Source: Octopus vulgaris (Eukaryota). From it: 64,000 bases of DNA. Location: assembly GCA_951406725.2 (NCBI GenBank), contig OX597814.1:123194001-123258000 (forward strand). The letters are read 5' to 3'. Every line of letters starts with the position of its first letter. The first letter of the stretch is position 1. The notes under the pieces were generated by a model. The model did no database searches and was not told the origin of the DNA. It was given only the letters and a program-made list of their open reading frames with translations. Positions 24,362-37,975 of this stretch are shown here, in pieces. A program made the position numbers and the translations under genes.

Positions 24362-24815
24362 TCCTTTTCTTCTTCCAATCAGGACTCACGCCATTAGTCA
24401 CAAAGAATAATCTCTAATTCGAGCCTACTCTAAGCTACTAAGAATGCGTGCGGCAACTTGAAGATCCACCCACCACATGCGATATAACTGGCGGTTGCAC
24501 GGGCGCGAAAGCTACGTTGTTATCCGCATTCCGTAAACGGTGGCTTTTAACGGGTGGAGAGCTGGGGTATAGACGATTCGCAATCTAGACTAGGGTCTGA
24601 AAGTTTACCACACCATAGTGGTCCTCTGCTTTGTGGCAGAAGTAGGAAGAAAGCGTGAAAGAAAGTTGTGGTGAAAGAGTACAGCGGGGTTCACCCACAC
24701 CGGAGCTTAGGTGTTTTTGCTCAATAAGCACTCATAATGCCCGGTCTGGGAATCAAAACCGCATTCTTACGACCGCGAGTCCGCTGCCCTAACCACTGTG
24801 CCATTGCGCCTCCAC
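24362..24815 (-). mobile_element. SINE family C (centre H2 plus tail T3)
   Basis: Reverse complement of 38767-39254; tRNA-like head TGGAGGCGCAATGGC-CAGTGGTTAGGGCAG. Confidence 0.88.
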
Positions 24816-25153
24816 TCCCTATTGTTGTTGCTATTGAATATTATCTGTTGTTTCCGGCAACTTACATTCGGGATTAAAATTCCGGACTCTGCTATTCTTA
24901 TGCAGCCGAGATTAATGGATTAGTGAAGTTACAAGGTTCATGACTGCTGCCACCACAACCACTGTCTCCCTCGATATATATCTGACAATCAGCGCTGAAG
25001 AATCTAACAGAAGACGAAACATTAAATGGATAATTTATATTTGACACTGACTAAACACATCTGACCAGAATTAGTCGGAATTGAACCTGTGATGCCTCTA
25101 CCTATAATCTTATGAATGTCTTATGCCTCCCTTGACTTTGTTATTTTTTTATA

Positions 25154-25515
25154 CCTGTGGCTGTGTGGTAAGAAGCTTGCTTCCCAATCAAATGGTTCCG
25201 GGTTCAGTCCCACTGTGTGGCACCTTGGGCTAGCGTCTTCTACTATAGCCTTGGGCCGACCAAAGCCTTGTGAGTGGATATATATGTGGGTGGGTGTGGA
25301 TATATATGTGGGTGTATGCCCGCTACCCTCACTTGATAATTGATATTGGTGTGTTTACGTCCCCGTAGCTTAGCGGTTCGGCAAAAGAGAGCGATAGAAT
25401 AAATACTAGGCTTACAAAGAATAAGGTCTGGTTCGATTTATTCGACTAAAAGGCAGTGCTCCAGCATGGCTGCAGTCAAATGACTGGAACAATTATGAGA
25501 GAGTAAGAGAGTAAA
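25154..25515 (+). mobile_element. SINE family A
   Basis: Head GTGGCTGTGTGGTAAG through tail GACTGGAACAA..GAGAGTA. Confidence 0.88.
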
Positions 25516-25599
25516 CTATTGATTAAGAAGTGATTCTTTGCGGTCATTTTTAATGGCATAAGCAAATCCAAAGACACAGTATTCGAAGACATAATACCG

Positions 25600-25985
25600 T
25601 TATTGATAGTTGTTGTTTTTGTTGTTGTTGTTGTTCATGTTTTTGTTGATGTTGCGGTCGTAATTGTTACTATTGCTAATATTTCTTTAATGTTTCTTCG
25701 GCGGCGGCGGTGGTGGTGGTGGTGGTGGTTTTGGTGGTGGTGGTGGTGGTCGTCGTCGTCATCGTCGTCGTCGTCGTCATGGTCGTGATCGTGGTCGTGG
25801 TGTTTGTACTAGTGTTGTTGCTATTGTTTTTCTTGGTAATGGTGTTGCTTTTGGTGTTGTTGCTGTGGTGATGGTTGATGTTGATGGTTGTAGTGATGGT
25901 GGTAGTGGTGGTGGTGGCGGGGGGTATTTTGCTACTGTTTTTGTTTTTTCTTTTGTTGTTAACGGTGCTGCTTTTGGTGATACTG

Positions 25986-26018
<33 letters not shown>

Positions 26019-26020
26019 TC
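25600..26020. repeat. Low-complexity (GTT/GGT/GTC)n tract
   Basis: Read directly. Confidence 0.9.
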
Positions 26021-26524
26021 AAAGCAATTCTTTGCTATTCTTTATGACACAATCTAGTCCAAAAGACAGTCTTAAATGACATGACAACGCCATTAATAAT
26101 AATTTCTAACATCTGACGTCTTTTTAATTATTTTTTTTTAAGAATAAAAAATACAAATGATTAAACATTATAATTAATCACATTAACAGACAAAATCGTA
26201 TTTTAAAGAAGAAAAAAAATCAACTTCTTTGACGGAATTTAAAAAAACAAGCTTTCCAACGAAGATGAGACCGCAGCCTGACTTCATTTTCTAGTTGTAA
26301 TTGGTAATTCCAGTAGCGCAGCCAGGTGGTGGGAGATCGGTCAGTCCTGGGTGACGCTTACAAGGGGCGGCATTTTTGGGTCCACTGTATAATCCTATAT
26401 ATGTTTGGGGAGCGTAGAGTGGAAAATTCAAGGGTTACCCTGGTTGCCGCACATTCTAGCTACGCCGTTAGTTTAATCCTTTCACATACACCAGTTAGGT
26501 TTCTGATAAAAGTAATAACAATGA

Positions 26525-26781
26525 ATAATAAATGCGCCCTTTTAAAGCCTAGACAGGCTCATGGGCCCTGTTTCCCGATTTCAATGGCGTATGTGTTCCC
26601 CAGCTGGATGGGACGCCAGTCCATCGCAGCGTTACTCCTTTTTTGCCAGTTGAGTGGACTGAAGCAACGTGAAATGAAGTGTTTTGCTCAAGAACACAAC
26701 GCGTCGCCCGGTCCAGGAATCAAAATCACAATCTTACGATCATGATGCTGACACGCTAACCACTAAGCGACGCGCCTCCAT
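26525..26781 (-). mobile_element. SINE family C (centre H1 plus tail T1)
   Basis: tRNA head, then TTGTGTTCTTGAGCAAAACACTTCATTTCACG, then GCGATGGACTGGCGTCCCATCCAG. Confidence 0.82.
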
Positions 26782-26864
26782 GATAAAGGTAATGGTTGTA
26801 CTTATATTACTAATATTCTTTCTAGTGTTTTTAGCAGATGTCGAATCAATATGTTGTTGGGTCA

Positions 26865-27180
26865 GTAGGTAGCACGCCGGGGAAAATGTTTTGTGGCATT
26901 TCGCCTATTTTTACGTTTTGAGTTCAAATTCCACCGAGGTCGACTTTACCTTTCATTCCTCCTGGGTTGATTTAAGCAGTATCGTAGAGCGTTGGAAAAA
27001 TGCTTTGGGATATTTCTTTCAGTCATTTACGTTCTGATTTCAAATCCCGCCGAGGTCAACTTTGCCTTTCGTCCCTCCAGGGGTCAATAAAATAAAGCAA
27101 AGTGAAGTACTTGTGTCGATGATATCGATAAACCCCTTCTTTGCAAAATTCCTGGCCTTGAACCAAAAGCAGAAACCATT
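26865..27180 (+). mobile_element. Two degenerate SINE-B copies
   Basis: GAGTTCAAATTCCACCGAGGTCGACTTT at about 26920 and a related body at about 27040. Confidence 0.75.
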
Positions 27181-27621
27181 ATTTCAACTACAGACGCTAC
27201 GCATCAACATTGGAGTCTGTACATGGTCGTCTGAATTGCTAGAAATAGCTGCAAAATCCCTGTGAAATCATACGTTACAGTTTAAGATAAAAGGAAACCA
27301 GACATATGAAATAATGTAATCCTAAAATTATAAGATTCATAAAATGAAAAACAGGAATTGTTACAGCAGGAATGTCTTTCATTATAGGTCTGCACGATCT
27401 GGACAGACCAGGAGGTTAAACAGCAACCACAACCACAACTATAGCTACTACTACTACGACGACGACGACGACGACGACTACTACTACTACCACTACACAA
27501 TCACTATTTCAACCACTAAGTCAGGTATGTCTAATGAAAAGTTTTTGTTGTCTCGTGCAGAAAGACGTCTCATTTTCAGATTGCGTGTGGTTGACTTCAG
27601 AAATTGATGTATATACAGTAA

Positions 27622-28214
27622 CTACATACATACACACACACATACATACATACATACATACATACATACATACATACATACATACATACATACATACATA
27701 CACACAAACACACACACATACATACATACATACATACACACACACATACATACATACATACATACATACATACATACATACATACATACATACATACATA
27801 CGCACATAGATACAAACTTATGTACGTACCTATATATATATATACATGCACACAATATGCATGCATACATGCCTGCACATAAATATACATACATAAAGCA
27901 TACATGCAGGTCTACAAGAACACACACACGCAAGCACGCACATACACGCACACGCATACACACACGTAGACAATCATTCACACGTTTACACACACACACA
28001 CACATACACAAAGACGCAGACACTCACACATACACACTTGCATGTTCCAATCCATCTGGATCAAAGAACGATTGCCCTGGCATGACTGGAGAAAGAACCA
28101 TAATTCAATAATTAATAAGTTAGAGATTATTAGGATATCTAAGGCAACAAGAATCGGTAAGAAGCTGGTCAGTCCGACACGCTAAGACTCTGATGAGGAA
28201 GAAAGTATACATAC

Positions 28215-28265
<51 letters not shown>

Positions 28266-28585
28266 TACATATATACATACATATACACACACATACATAC
28301 ACATTCATAATACATACACACACACACACACACTCACACACACACACTCACACACACATACATAGACATACACACACATACACTCACACACACATACACA
28401 TACATGCACTCACACATACACTCACACACACATACACATACATGCATATATATATATACGTACAAACACAGACTCATACATACATACATACACACACAAC
28501 CACACACATACATACATATATACATACATACATACACACACTCACAAACACACACATAATACATACATACACACATACATACATA
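27622..28585. repeat. (TACA)n and (CA)n microsatellite blocks
   Basis: Read directly (27622-28040 and 28206-28585). Confidence 0.92.
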
Positions 28586-28587
28586 TC

Positions 28588-29100
28588 TAGGTGCAGCCGT
28601 GCATGTGTGGTAAGAAGTTAGCTTGCCAACCACATGGTCCTGGGTTCAGCCGCACTGCCTGGCACCTTGAGCAAGTATCTTCCATTATAGACTCGAGCCG
28701 ATCAAAGCCATGTGAGTGGATATTGTAGAAACCTGTTGTGTATATACATGCATGTATGTGTGTGTGTGTGTAAACATATATGCGTATGTTTGTGTATGTG
28801 TTTATGTATGTATGTATGTATGTATGTATGTATGTATGTATGTATGTATGTATGTATGTATGTATGTATGTGCGTGTGTCTGTGCTTATTTGCCGCCGAG
28901 CACCACCTAACAACCCGTGTTGGTTCATTTGCACTCCTGTGGCTTAGCGGTTCAATAACAAGAACCCGATAGAATAAGTACCAGACTTTAGAAAAAAAAA
29001 TACTGAGGTTGATTTGATCGATTAAACCCTTCATGGTGGTGCCCCAGCATGGCCGCAGTCTAATAGTTGAAACAAGCAGAAGATAAAAGATAAAAAGATA
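28588..29100 (+). mobile_element. SINE family A with expanded internal (TATG)n
   Basis: Head at 28588-28740 and tail at 28890-29100. Confidence 0.85.
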
Positions 29101-29102
29101 GA

Positions 29103-29342
29103 TTTCTTTATTGGCCACGTAGGGCTGAACACAGAAGGGACAAAATACAAAGTAGAGCTTTTCTTTTTGGGAAGAAGAGAAGGAAATAAAGTGGGTCGAA
29201 TTCCGATCAAAAGGGATCGTGAAAAGAAAAAAAAAGTGAGGCCGATCAATAGGGATCGTGTATCACAGAAATGTCAATGTAAAAAGAGAAAACAGATTAG
29301 GTTTGTCCGTTGATAGAAAAGCCTACGGAAAAGACCACGAAG
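29103..29342 (-). mobile_element. Tx1/L1-like LINE 3'UTR fragment
   Basis: Homologous to 834-1095 (GTAGAGCTTTTCTTTTTGGG, GATCAAAAGGGATCG, AAAAGCCTACGGAAAAG). Confidence 0.8.
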
Positions 29343-29379
29343 ACAGAAGTTACATATACACATAGACGACTACCCAGGT

Positions 29380-29690
29380 GAATTTGCCGAAATTCAAATG
29401 AAGTAGGCTTGTTTCTAGGCAAGAAACCGGTTCTTTTTCCATTGGTGGGAAATTCGAAAAACTAAGCCGGATAAATACACAATCATACATACTCGCATAT
29501 GCATGCATGCATACATACATACATACATACATACATACATACATACATACATACATACATACATACATACATACATACATACATACATACGTACGTACGT
29601 ACGTACGTACATACATACATACATACATACATACATACATACATACATACATACATACATACATACATACATACATACATACATACATAC
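29380..29690 (+). mobile_element. Putative R4-like 3' end followed by (CATA)n
   Basis: GAAATTCAAATGAAG..CTAGG-AAGAAACCGGTTCTTTTTCCATTGG resembles the reverse complement of 7320-7390. A (TACA)n array follows at 29505-29690. Confidence 0.55.
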
Positions 29691-29862
29691 TTAATTTTAA
29701 GACGTGACATGGTTTCCGTTATCTACATTCCAGCAATGGCGCTTTTTATCTTTGTTACAAACCATCAAAGGAAGAATTTAAATAATTATAAACATGCATA
29801 CATACACTCACACATGCACATGTGCATATTTACATGCATACATACACAAACACATGCATTTA

Positions 29863-29898
<36 letters not shown>

Positions 29899-30326
29899 AA
29901 TGCATACATACACCCATAAATGTATGTATATACATATATGCATGCATACACAGAGACAGCTAGAAAGAAAGACCGACAGATATGATAGATCTTCAGTCGG
30001 TTTCCACGATGAGCAATCAGTTCTCATTTACTGAAGTACCTCCTCGTTAACTTAATGCCTGTTTGAGTATTTCATAAACACATATGCTCTGACGGTAAAC
30101 CATAGAATGACAGTAAACCACTGGGTATTATTGCACGCACGCACACACAGACATATGTCAGCACGAGAACTCTTGGTAAAACATTCCCACCAAAACTTCC
30201 GTTAAATACAAACCACAAGACTGATGTAATCGATTGGTGGGGCAGGAAAGGAAAATTTTGCAGTCATAAATGTCAAAGAAAGAGAATCTATACGGAGGAA
30301 AGTTCGTATGCATGCACGCGTTCACT

Positions 30327-31030
30327 CATACATACATACATACATACATACATACATACATACATACATACATACCATACATACATACATACATACATAC
30401 ATACATACATACATACATACATACATACCATACATACATACATACATACATACATACATACCATACATACATACATACATACCATACATACATACATACA
30501 TACCATACATACATACATACCATACATGCATACATACATACATACATACATACATACCATACATACATACCATACATACATACATACATACATACCATAC
30601 ATACATACTTACCATACATACATACATACCATACATACATACATACATACATACCATACATACATGCATGCATACATACATACATACATACATACATACA
30701 TACATACATACATACATACATGCATACAGACATACAGACATACATACCATACATACATACATACATACATACATGCATACATACATACATACCATACATA
30801 CATACATACATACATACATACATACATACATACATACATACATGCATACAGACATACATACATACATACATACATACATGCATACAGACATACATACATA
30901 CATACCATACATACATACATACATACATACCATACATACATACATACATGCATGCATACATACATACATACATACATACATACATACATACATACATACA
31001 TACATACATACATACATACATACATACATA
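30327..31030. repeat. About 700-bp (TACA)n array with scattered 3-bp TAC units
   Basis: Read directly; source of the 196-284 aa HTYI/MYVC ORFs. Confidence 0.95.
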
Positions 31031-32439
31031 CGTACATCGACGCTTTAACACTGCAATTCAAACTCAGTTCGAATCACACACACACACACACACATACAAC
31101 GTATGGGAAAGAATAGAGAAGTGAGGGAGAGAGAGAAGGTGAAAGAGAGAAAAAAGAGAGGTTTAATGAAAGAAGGAGTATCGAGGACAGAGAAGGAATT
31201 GGGAAGAGAGAAGGAGAGAGGTGGGGGGGGAATTGGAGATGGAAGGATGGATAGATGGACAACAAGATATTTTGACAGCCATACAGACGGTTATACAGAA
31301 AGATGGACAGATAGAGAGACTTAAGAAGGAAAGCTACAGGCTCTAACATCAGTTGATACTCTCTCTCTCTCTCTCGCTATGTTATCTGCCATATTGATTT
31401 CGTGTAACCTATTCAAACGCTTGAATGACGCTCGCAAGGAGACTCACATAAAATCTTCATACGAAAACCTAACCAAAATAAGGGGAGAGAGACAGCGGTT
31501 TACTGCTCTGCTGACTTCAACTATTACCATTTTTCAAACTTTACAATCGATGTTCTGAAGACGAAACAAGTCTTCTGTGTCAGTATCCAAGTTCGGTTAT
31601 AAAATATTTCCCTGAAAGTCATACATCATACAATGTGTTCAGTCACCTTTTCGCTAGTTTGTTTGTTCGATTTTTTTTAAAAATACTCTAGGGACAAAAC
31701 AAAGGTAGTTTCGTATTTTCTTTGGGGGATTTCTTTTAATTTCTGATTATATTAATTTTTATTTGTTTTTGTTTTATCTTTTTATTTTTTACTGATTTTG
31801 AAGAATCGGTTTTTGTTCCCATTTGTTTATACAATTTTTGATTAATATATTGGTTTAGAGCCAATTTAGTCTCGTCGAACTTTCACAATCTTTCAATATT
31901 GTTCAGTTTTAACTTTAACATATCCCAATTTAAAACTTAAATGTGTTACAATGTTAATTTATACGTGTTACGCTGTTAATTTTAACAATTCACAATATTA
32001 ACTTTAATGTGTTAGGCTGTTAATTTTAACACCTCTCACTTGCAATATCTTGAGATTTTGTCAGTAAAAATAAACAAGTAACTGTAAGTCTGTAGTAAGT
32101 CTCAACAATGATCATATCAACTTTTATCCTCACATACTGCACCTGAGACCACTCTTACTTCATTTTTAAAATGATAGGGTCCTTTTTTTTATTTTAAGAC
32201 TAAGGCACTATAAAATATACTGCAATAAAATAATTATAGTAGTTGTTGTTGCTGCCAAGGCCCAGTTTAGCCTTCATCCAGGAAGCCTATAATCAAAATA
32301 TTTTCTAACCATAACTACTACCCTACCTTTTCACCTGAATGATTATATCTAGGACTAGATATCTAATGTATCCTAATCTAATGTATCTGTAGGGTGTGAT
32401 ATTGGCACTGGTTGGGTGCCTCACATTTCATTACATAGT

Positions 32440-32820
32440 TGTAGAAAGGGAAAATAGCAGGAACAAGAATCTCCGAACAAATAACAATAATTTATTTTTG
32501 CTGAAATAAGCATTTCATCTCTAGACATCGGTAGCCTGGACGCCTGGCAGGTGGAAGCAGCAGAATCGGTTTAAATCACCATTGTTGGAGGCATTCTTCA
32601 CAGCTCGCCAGGTCGTATTCGCCTTCACGCGGAGCTTGTCTGGTTGCGTCTAGCTCCGTTATCGGTAGGAGCAAAAGAGAGAAAATAGCGGTCTTGCCTA
32701 GCTGCTGATGATGACTGCGCATGCGCATAAGGGACTTCTGGCAGGCCTTCTGGAAGACTAATCCTTGCGCAAGCGCAGATGAAAATCCCAAAATGGCGTC
32801 TGTAACCTGACATCACTACA
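32440..32820 (-). mobile_element. Probable solo LTR (381 bp)
   Basis: TGTAG...CTACA inverted termini, GC/CpG-richer than the flanks, AATAAA on the minus strand about 50 bp from its 3' end. No clean TSD. Confidence 0.55.
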
Positions 32821-33646
32821 TATCCATTTCATTTTAAAAACAGGAGGTTGCTATTTTGGCATTTGGCGGCTATTTCAAGCAGGTCATGTTGTTTCCTTGT
32901 GGGATAATTTATTAAGCCTTTGAAGAAAGGCTAAGGGAGTAAACCCCTACAGAAAATCCAGAGGGAGTGGTTTTAATGCAGATATATATAAGGATGCTAC
33001 GAACCTATAGACTTCTCTTTCTTTTGTAGCATATTCATGAATAGAGAGGCGGTAAGTGTACACGGGGCGAGGCACTCGCATCTGGAAACAGCCCCCAGTC
33101 ACAGAAGAGGTGGTTAAATTATTGTCTCTGCAATGTGGTCAGCCAACAACGAAAGAGGCCAACCACGTGATCAAGTATGACCCCCCCCCCCTCCATTTGT
33201 TTGACGGAAGACAAAGAGACTTAACGTACTGTCGAGACCAATCGAGATCATCCATTAAATTTAATAGAAGAAAAAGATTAAAAAAAAAGCAATGTGGTAA
33301 TGGATCTTTGGAGTCAAGGAAATTTTTAGAAGAAATTCAGAAATAATTGTCAGGAAAACTGGAACCATAAATCCAAGAAAAATCTAAGCTGACATAAAGA
33401 AACCCTCTGTCCACCCAACCACCACCACCTCATCAGCATTATGAAATTATGTTTCAGGTTTCATATTCGGAAATTTCCTTTAGAATAATTTGGAGACTCT
33501 CGACAGCTGTTTTTGTTTCCTTATTTAATATTCTTAATTGTTTTTATCACTTGCCTAACTTACAGAACGACTACTTCCGTAAATTAAAACTGACTGGTCA
33601 AAATGTTTGACAATATGACCATTCAACGAGGGTTTTATTACCCATG

Positions 33647-33656
33647 AGTGGTGGTG

Positions 33657-33750
<94 letters not shown>

Positions 33751-33900
33751 TAGTAGCGACAGTAGTAGTGGTATTAGTAGAAGTAGTAGTAGCAGCAGCA
33801 GTGGTGGTGGTAGCCGCAGTAGTAGTAGTAGTATTAGTAGCAGCAGCAGCAGTAGTAGTGGTAGTAGTAGTAGTAGTAGCAGCAGCAGCAGTAGTAATAC
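33647..33900. repeat. (GGT/AGT/AGC)n trinucleotide array
   Basis: Read directly. Confidence 0.95.
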
Positions 33901-34094
33901 TAACCTGAAGAAGTTACAAGGTGACCTAGAGTCCAATGATGATCGCGGATGATGGTGTGTGGTGCGGGTGCTGGGAAGTGGTCAGTGCGAATGTGTGTGG
34001 AGTGGTGTGGGGTGGGGTGCGGATGATGGTGTGTGGTGTGGATGCTGGGAAGTGGTCATTGCTAGTGTGTGTGGAGTGGTGTGGGGTGGTGTGG

Positions 34095-34312
34095 TTTGAT
34101 ATATGCATCTTTGTGCTTGTTCTTGTCCTCCCCCATCGCTTGACAACAAGTGTCGATTTGTTTACGTCCCCGTAACTGAGCGGGTCGACCAAAGATACCG
34201 ATAGAATAACTAGGCTTTAGAAAAATAAGGACTGAAGTCGATTTGTTCGACTAAATCCCCGTCAAAGTGATGCCCCAGCATGGCCACATCCAAATGACAG
34301 AAACGAGTAAAA
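34095..34312 (+). mobile_element. SINE-A 3' half
   Basis: CGCTTGACAAC..TTTACGTCCCCGTAAC..GCCCCAGCATGGCC..GAAACGAGTAAAAG. Confidence 0.8.
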
Positions 34313-34347
34313 GCTATGTGACTCCGTGCGCACGCGAGCGAGCATGT

Positions 34348-34387
<40 letters not shown>

Positions 34388-34629
34388 CTGTGTTTGTGCC
34401 GTTAGCACTTTTTTTTTTATCCATACATTCAATATATATAGTAAAGATTATTTGCCAACATAATGTGGAGCAGTCCCGGTTGGGACGTATGTTACTGTTA
34501 TTCATCCCCAGGAAACATCGTCTCCAGCTGGCTATACGACCCACTATCTGTGTCCTTATATTTCCACACAGGGGAATTCCTGTGCCCATCTTTCCAATTG
34601 ACATCTATACACCATGTCTATCTGTTTAA

Positions 34630-34860
34630 TCTATTACATAAAATCCGTTCTGTCTGTCTGTGTGTGTGTGTCTTCTAGGATCTCGGGCATCCTCTATCCG
34701 ATTGCGCTCAAATTTGATATGTAGATACCGACAGTATCAGGGTGTGTATAAGTCTTGAAAAAATTACAAAAATCGATTCCAGGTGAGAATGCGATCGATA
34801 AAGCCGTGGGAACGTGCATTTGTAAAATCGTTTTTTCTTTGGAATAGAAAAAAAGTCTAT
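34630..34860 (+). mobile_element. Non-autonomous Helitron-like 5' region
   Basis: Starts A|TCTATTACATAAAA, followed by a (CTGT)/(GT) microsatellite and CCGATTGCGCTCAAATTTG, a layout typical of Helitron/DINE-like elements. The 3' hairpin/CTAG end was not identified. Confidence 0.45.
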
Positions 34861-35477
34861 CTTTATTTCTTCTTTTGCTGGTGTCTCAAATTTAGGTTAA
34901 ATCAGTGTTTCTCAAAGGGGAGACCTATGGGACGGTCGGACAAGTTGTTTTGAGAAAATTTGGTTTAAGTGTTTGACAACTCAGCACCGTCCATTGGACG
35001 GTGGGGGGCGTTTTGCTCGTTACTATATATACGCCGCATCTCTCTACTCATTCAGCATCTTCATATTGTGTTTATTAATCCAATCAACGTCTACAACGCC
35101 TACATTATGTCAAAATCTTCCCAGTCAAAAATCTACACACGACACTGTCCAATTTATCCAGTCAACATCTCACCAAGTCTATTTTCCCGACCAACAGCTA
35201 CTTGATGTCTCTAACTAGCCAATCAGCATTTATAAACAATGTATCTAGTTGTCTACAATAATGATTGTCTATCTAGTCGGTATTTAGAAATGAATTAATT
35301 GGAAACATTCATTATAATAATCAATAAAAACAAAATAGTTTTAATTTTTCAGACACTATAAATTTTATGTAACAGCAACTAAAACAACAGCAATCTAAAA
35401 AATATTAACAACGGCATCAATAACAAAATATAGTAATCAACTCGTATTTGTATTGCAGGACTTGAAGTACTGGTTTC

Positions 35478-36087
35478 AAATTTTGGCACGAGGCCAGCAA
35501 TTCCGGGATGAGGAGAGGAGATTAGTCGATTATATTTACCTCAGTGTTCAACTGGTACTTATTTTATCGACCTCGAAAGGATAAAAGGCAAAGTCGACGA
35601 TGCCCGAATTTGAACACAAAATGAAGACGGAGAAATGTTGCTAAGCATTTTGCCTGGCGTGCTAACGATTCTTATTTCTTTATTGCCCACAAGGGGCTAA
35701 ACATAGAGGGGACAAACAAGGACAGACAAACGGATTAAGTCGATCACATCAACCTCAGTACTTCACTGGTACTTAATTTATCGACCCCGAAAGGATGAAA
35801 GGCAGAGTCGACCTCAGTGGAATTTGAACTCAGAACGTAAAGGCAGACGAAATACCCATTTCTTTACTGCCCACAAGGGGCTAAACACAGAGGGGACGAA
35901 CAAGGAGAGACAAACGGATTAAGTCGATTATCGACCCCAGTGCGTAACTGGTACTTATTTAATCGACCCCGAAAGGATGAAAAGCAAAGTCGACCTCGGC
36001 GGAATTTGAATTCAGAACGTAACGGTAGACGAAATACCGCTAAGCATTTCACCCGGCGTGCTAACGATTCTACCAGTTTGTTGCCCT
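35478..36087 (-). mobile_element. SINE-B multimer (3 units)
   Basis: Units at about 36087-35858, 35857-35672 and 35671-35478. Confidence 0.88.
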
Positions 36088-36541
36088 ACAGAAGCTGAAA
36101 TATTAGTATGAATACGATTACATCCATTATAAAACAACGAATTGGCTTTGCATATCAATTTGGACATGATTGATGTGCTTGTTACAAGTTACATTTGCTG
36201 GATAATGTACTAAAGTAAAAGATGGATTGATTGCAACAATAAAAATTTTATTAATCGCGGTTTGCAATTTTCTTTTGGATTAAAATGACTGAATCAACTA
36301 CTCTTTAGTAGATTTAATACAGACTACAATCTGTTAGTGCAGATTTACGCAAGTTATTTCTTCAGATTTTGTCTTACATTTGCTTCACAGCAAAAACATT
36401 GGCACCACACACTTCTTTAGTTAGATATTTAGTGAAAACAATTTTTTGTGCGAATCTCTTTCCGTATAATCGTAGGCGCCATATTACCAACGTACTTCTC
36501 TTATAGTACATATATTAAACTAAGCTTTATTTCTTGCACAC

Positions 36542-36604
<63 letters not shown>

Positions 36605-37089
36605 TTTCTTTTTCTCTCTTTCTTTTTCTCTCTTCTGAGCTCTACTTTTATCAGTACAATACCGTTCTGAAGCGCTGCCAGTTTCGAAGCAATCTTCATG
36701 ATTAGTTTAGCACCACTATTTTTTTTCAAGCTGTATTATTTCGGAATTGTAATTTAAATTACCATTCAATTCTTCAACTTGATAATCAGTTCAGAATAAA
36801 AACTAAATCCGTAAAATTTCGTTAAAATGGCTTCTCCATGCAATGGAATGACAGAAAACACAACAAAAGCCTCAGGAAACAAGATACAAAATACATGACA
36901 CCAAACCGTAAACTAACACTAATGATGTACAACAAAAAGGCGCTAAAACCTTCTCATTAATAATGCTTTTAAATTTTGGAACAAGGCCAGCAATATAAAG
37001 GGTAGAGGTAGTCGGGTACATCAATCCCAGTTCTCAATTGGTACTTATTTTATTGAGCCCATAAGGATGAAATGCAAATCTTCACTTAA

Positions 37090-37359
37090 TATGATTAGAA
37101 CAAGCGATTTGATATGTAGCTGCTCTGAGGATCTTGATGGCAAACTAAACAATCTAGATCAGCGTTTTCCAGCCTGGTATCATATGGTCCCAAAAGGGCC
37201 ATGGCAAAGTTCCTTGGGACCACAGAAAATTTTGATGGAAGCCACACAACTATCACTCTCTTTCTTCCTAAATTTTCAAGTACTGTCCATAATTCCTTTA
37301 AGATTTACACACACACACACAATATATATATCTATATATATATATTTACACACACACAC

Positions 37360-37401
<42 letters not shown>

Positions 37402-37438
37402 GTGTATATACACATATATAAGATTTACACACACACAC

Positions 37439-37480
<42 letters not shown>

Positions 37481-37704
37481 GTGTGTGTGTGTAATCTTAA
37501 AGGAATTATGGACAGTACTTGAAAATTTAGGAAGAAAGAGAGTGATAGTTGTGTGGCTTCCATCAAAATTTTCTGTGGTCCCAAGGAACTTGCCATGGCT
37601 TTTGGGACCATATGATACCAGGCTGGAAAACGCTGGTCTAGATTGTTTAGTTTGCCATCAAGATCCTCAGAGCAGCTACATATCAAATCGCTTGTTCTAA
37701 TCAT

Positions 37705-37705
<1 letters not shown>
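37090..37705. repeat. Near-perfect long inverted duplication (about 240-bp arms) around a (TA/CA)n spacer
   Basis: TATGATTAGAACAAGCG...TAAGATTTACACAC (37090 to about 37330) is mirrored at about 37470-37705. Differences are mostly homopolymer indels. Confidence 0.92.
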
Positions 37706-37770
<65 letters not shown>

Positions 37771-37774
<4 letters not shown>

Positions 37775-37975
37775 TCCCCACAGGGGGCTAAACATAGAGG
37801 GGACAAACAAAGACAGCCAAATGGATTAAGTCGATTGCACCGACCCCAGTGCGTAACTGGTACTTATTTAATCGACCCCGAAAGAACGAAAGGCAAAGTC
37901 GAACTCGGCGGAAATTGGACTCAGAACGTAACTGCAGGCGAAATACCGCTAAGCATTTCGCCCGGTGTGCTAATG
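37771..37975 (-). mobile_element. SINE-B copy inserted between (TA)n tracts
   Basis: Reverse complement of the SINE-B body and Tx1-like tail. Confidence 0.88.

Noticed and set aside
24990-25035. Isolated CTGANGA...GAAAC words (also about 5857 and 31555)
   Set aside because: Stems I and III cannot be formed convincingly; these are decayed or chance matches.
30270-31124. Longest ORFs (196-284 aa, HTYI/MYVC repeats) and similar ORFs at 6030, 10799, 27521-29963, 33598, 43363 and 62076
   Set aside because: They are stop-free translations of microsatellites, open in several frames on both strands.
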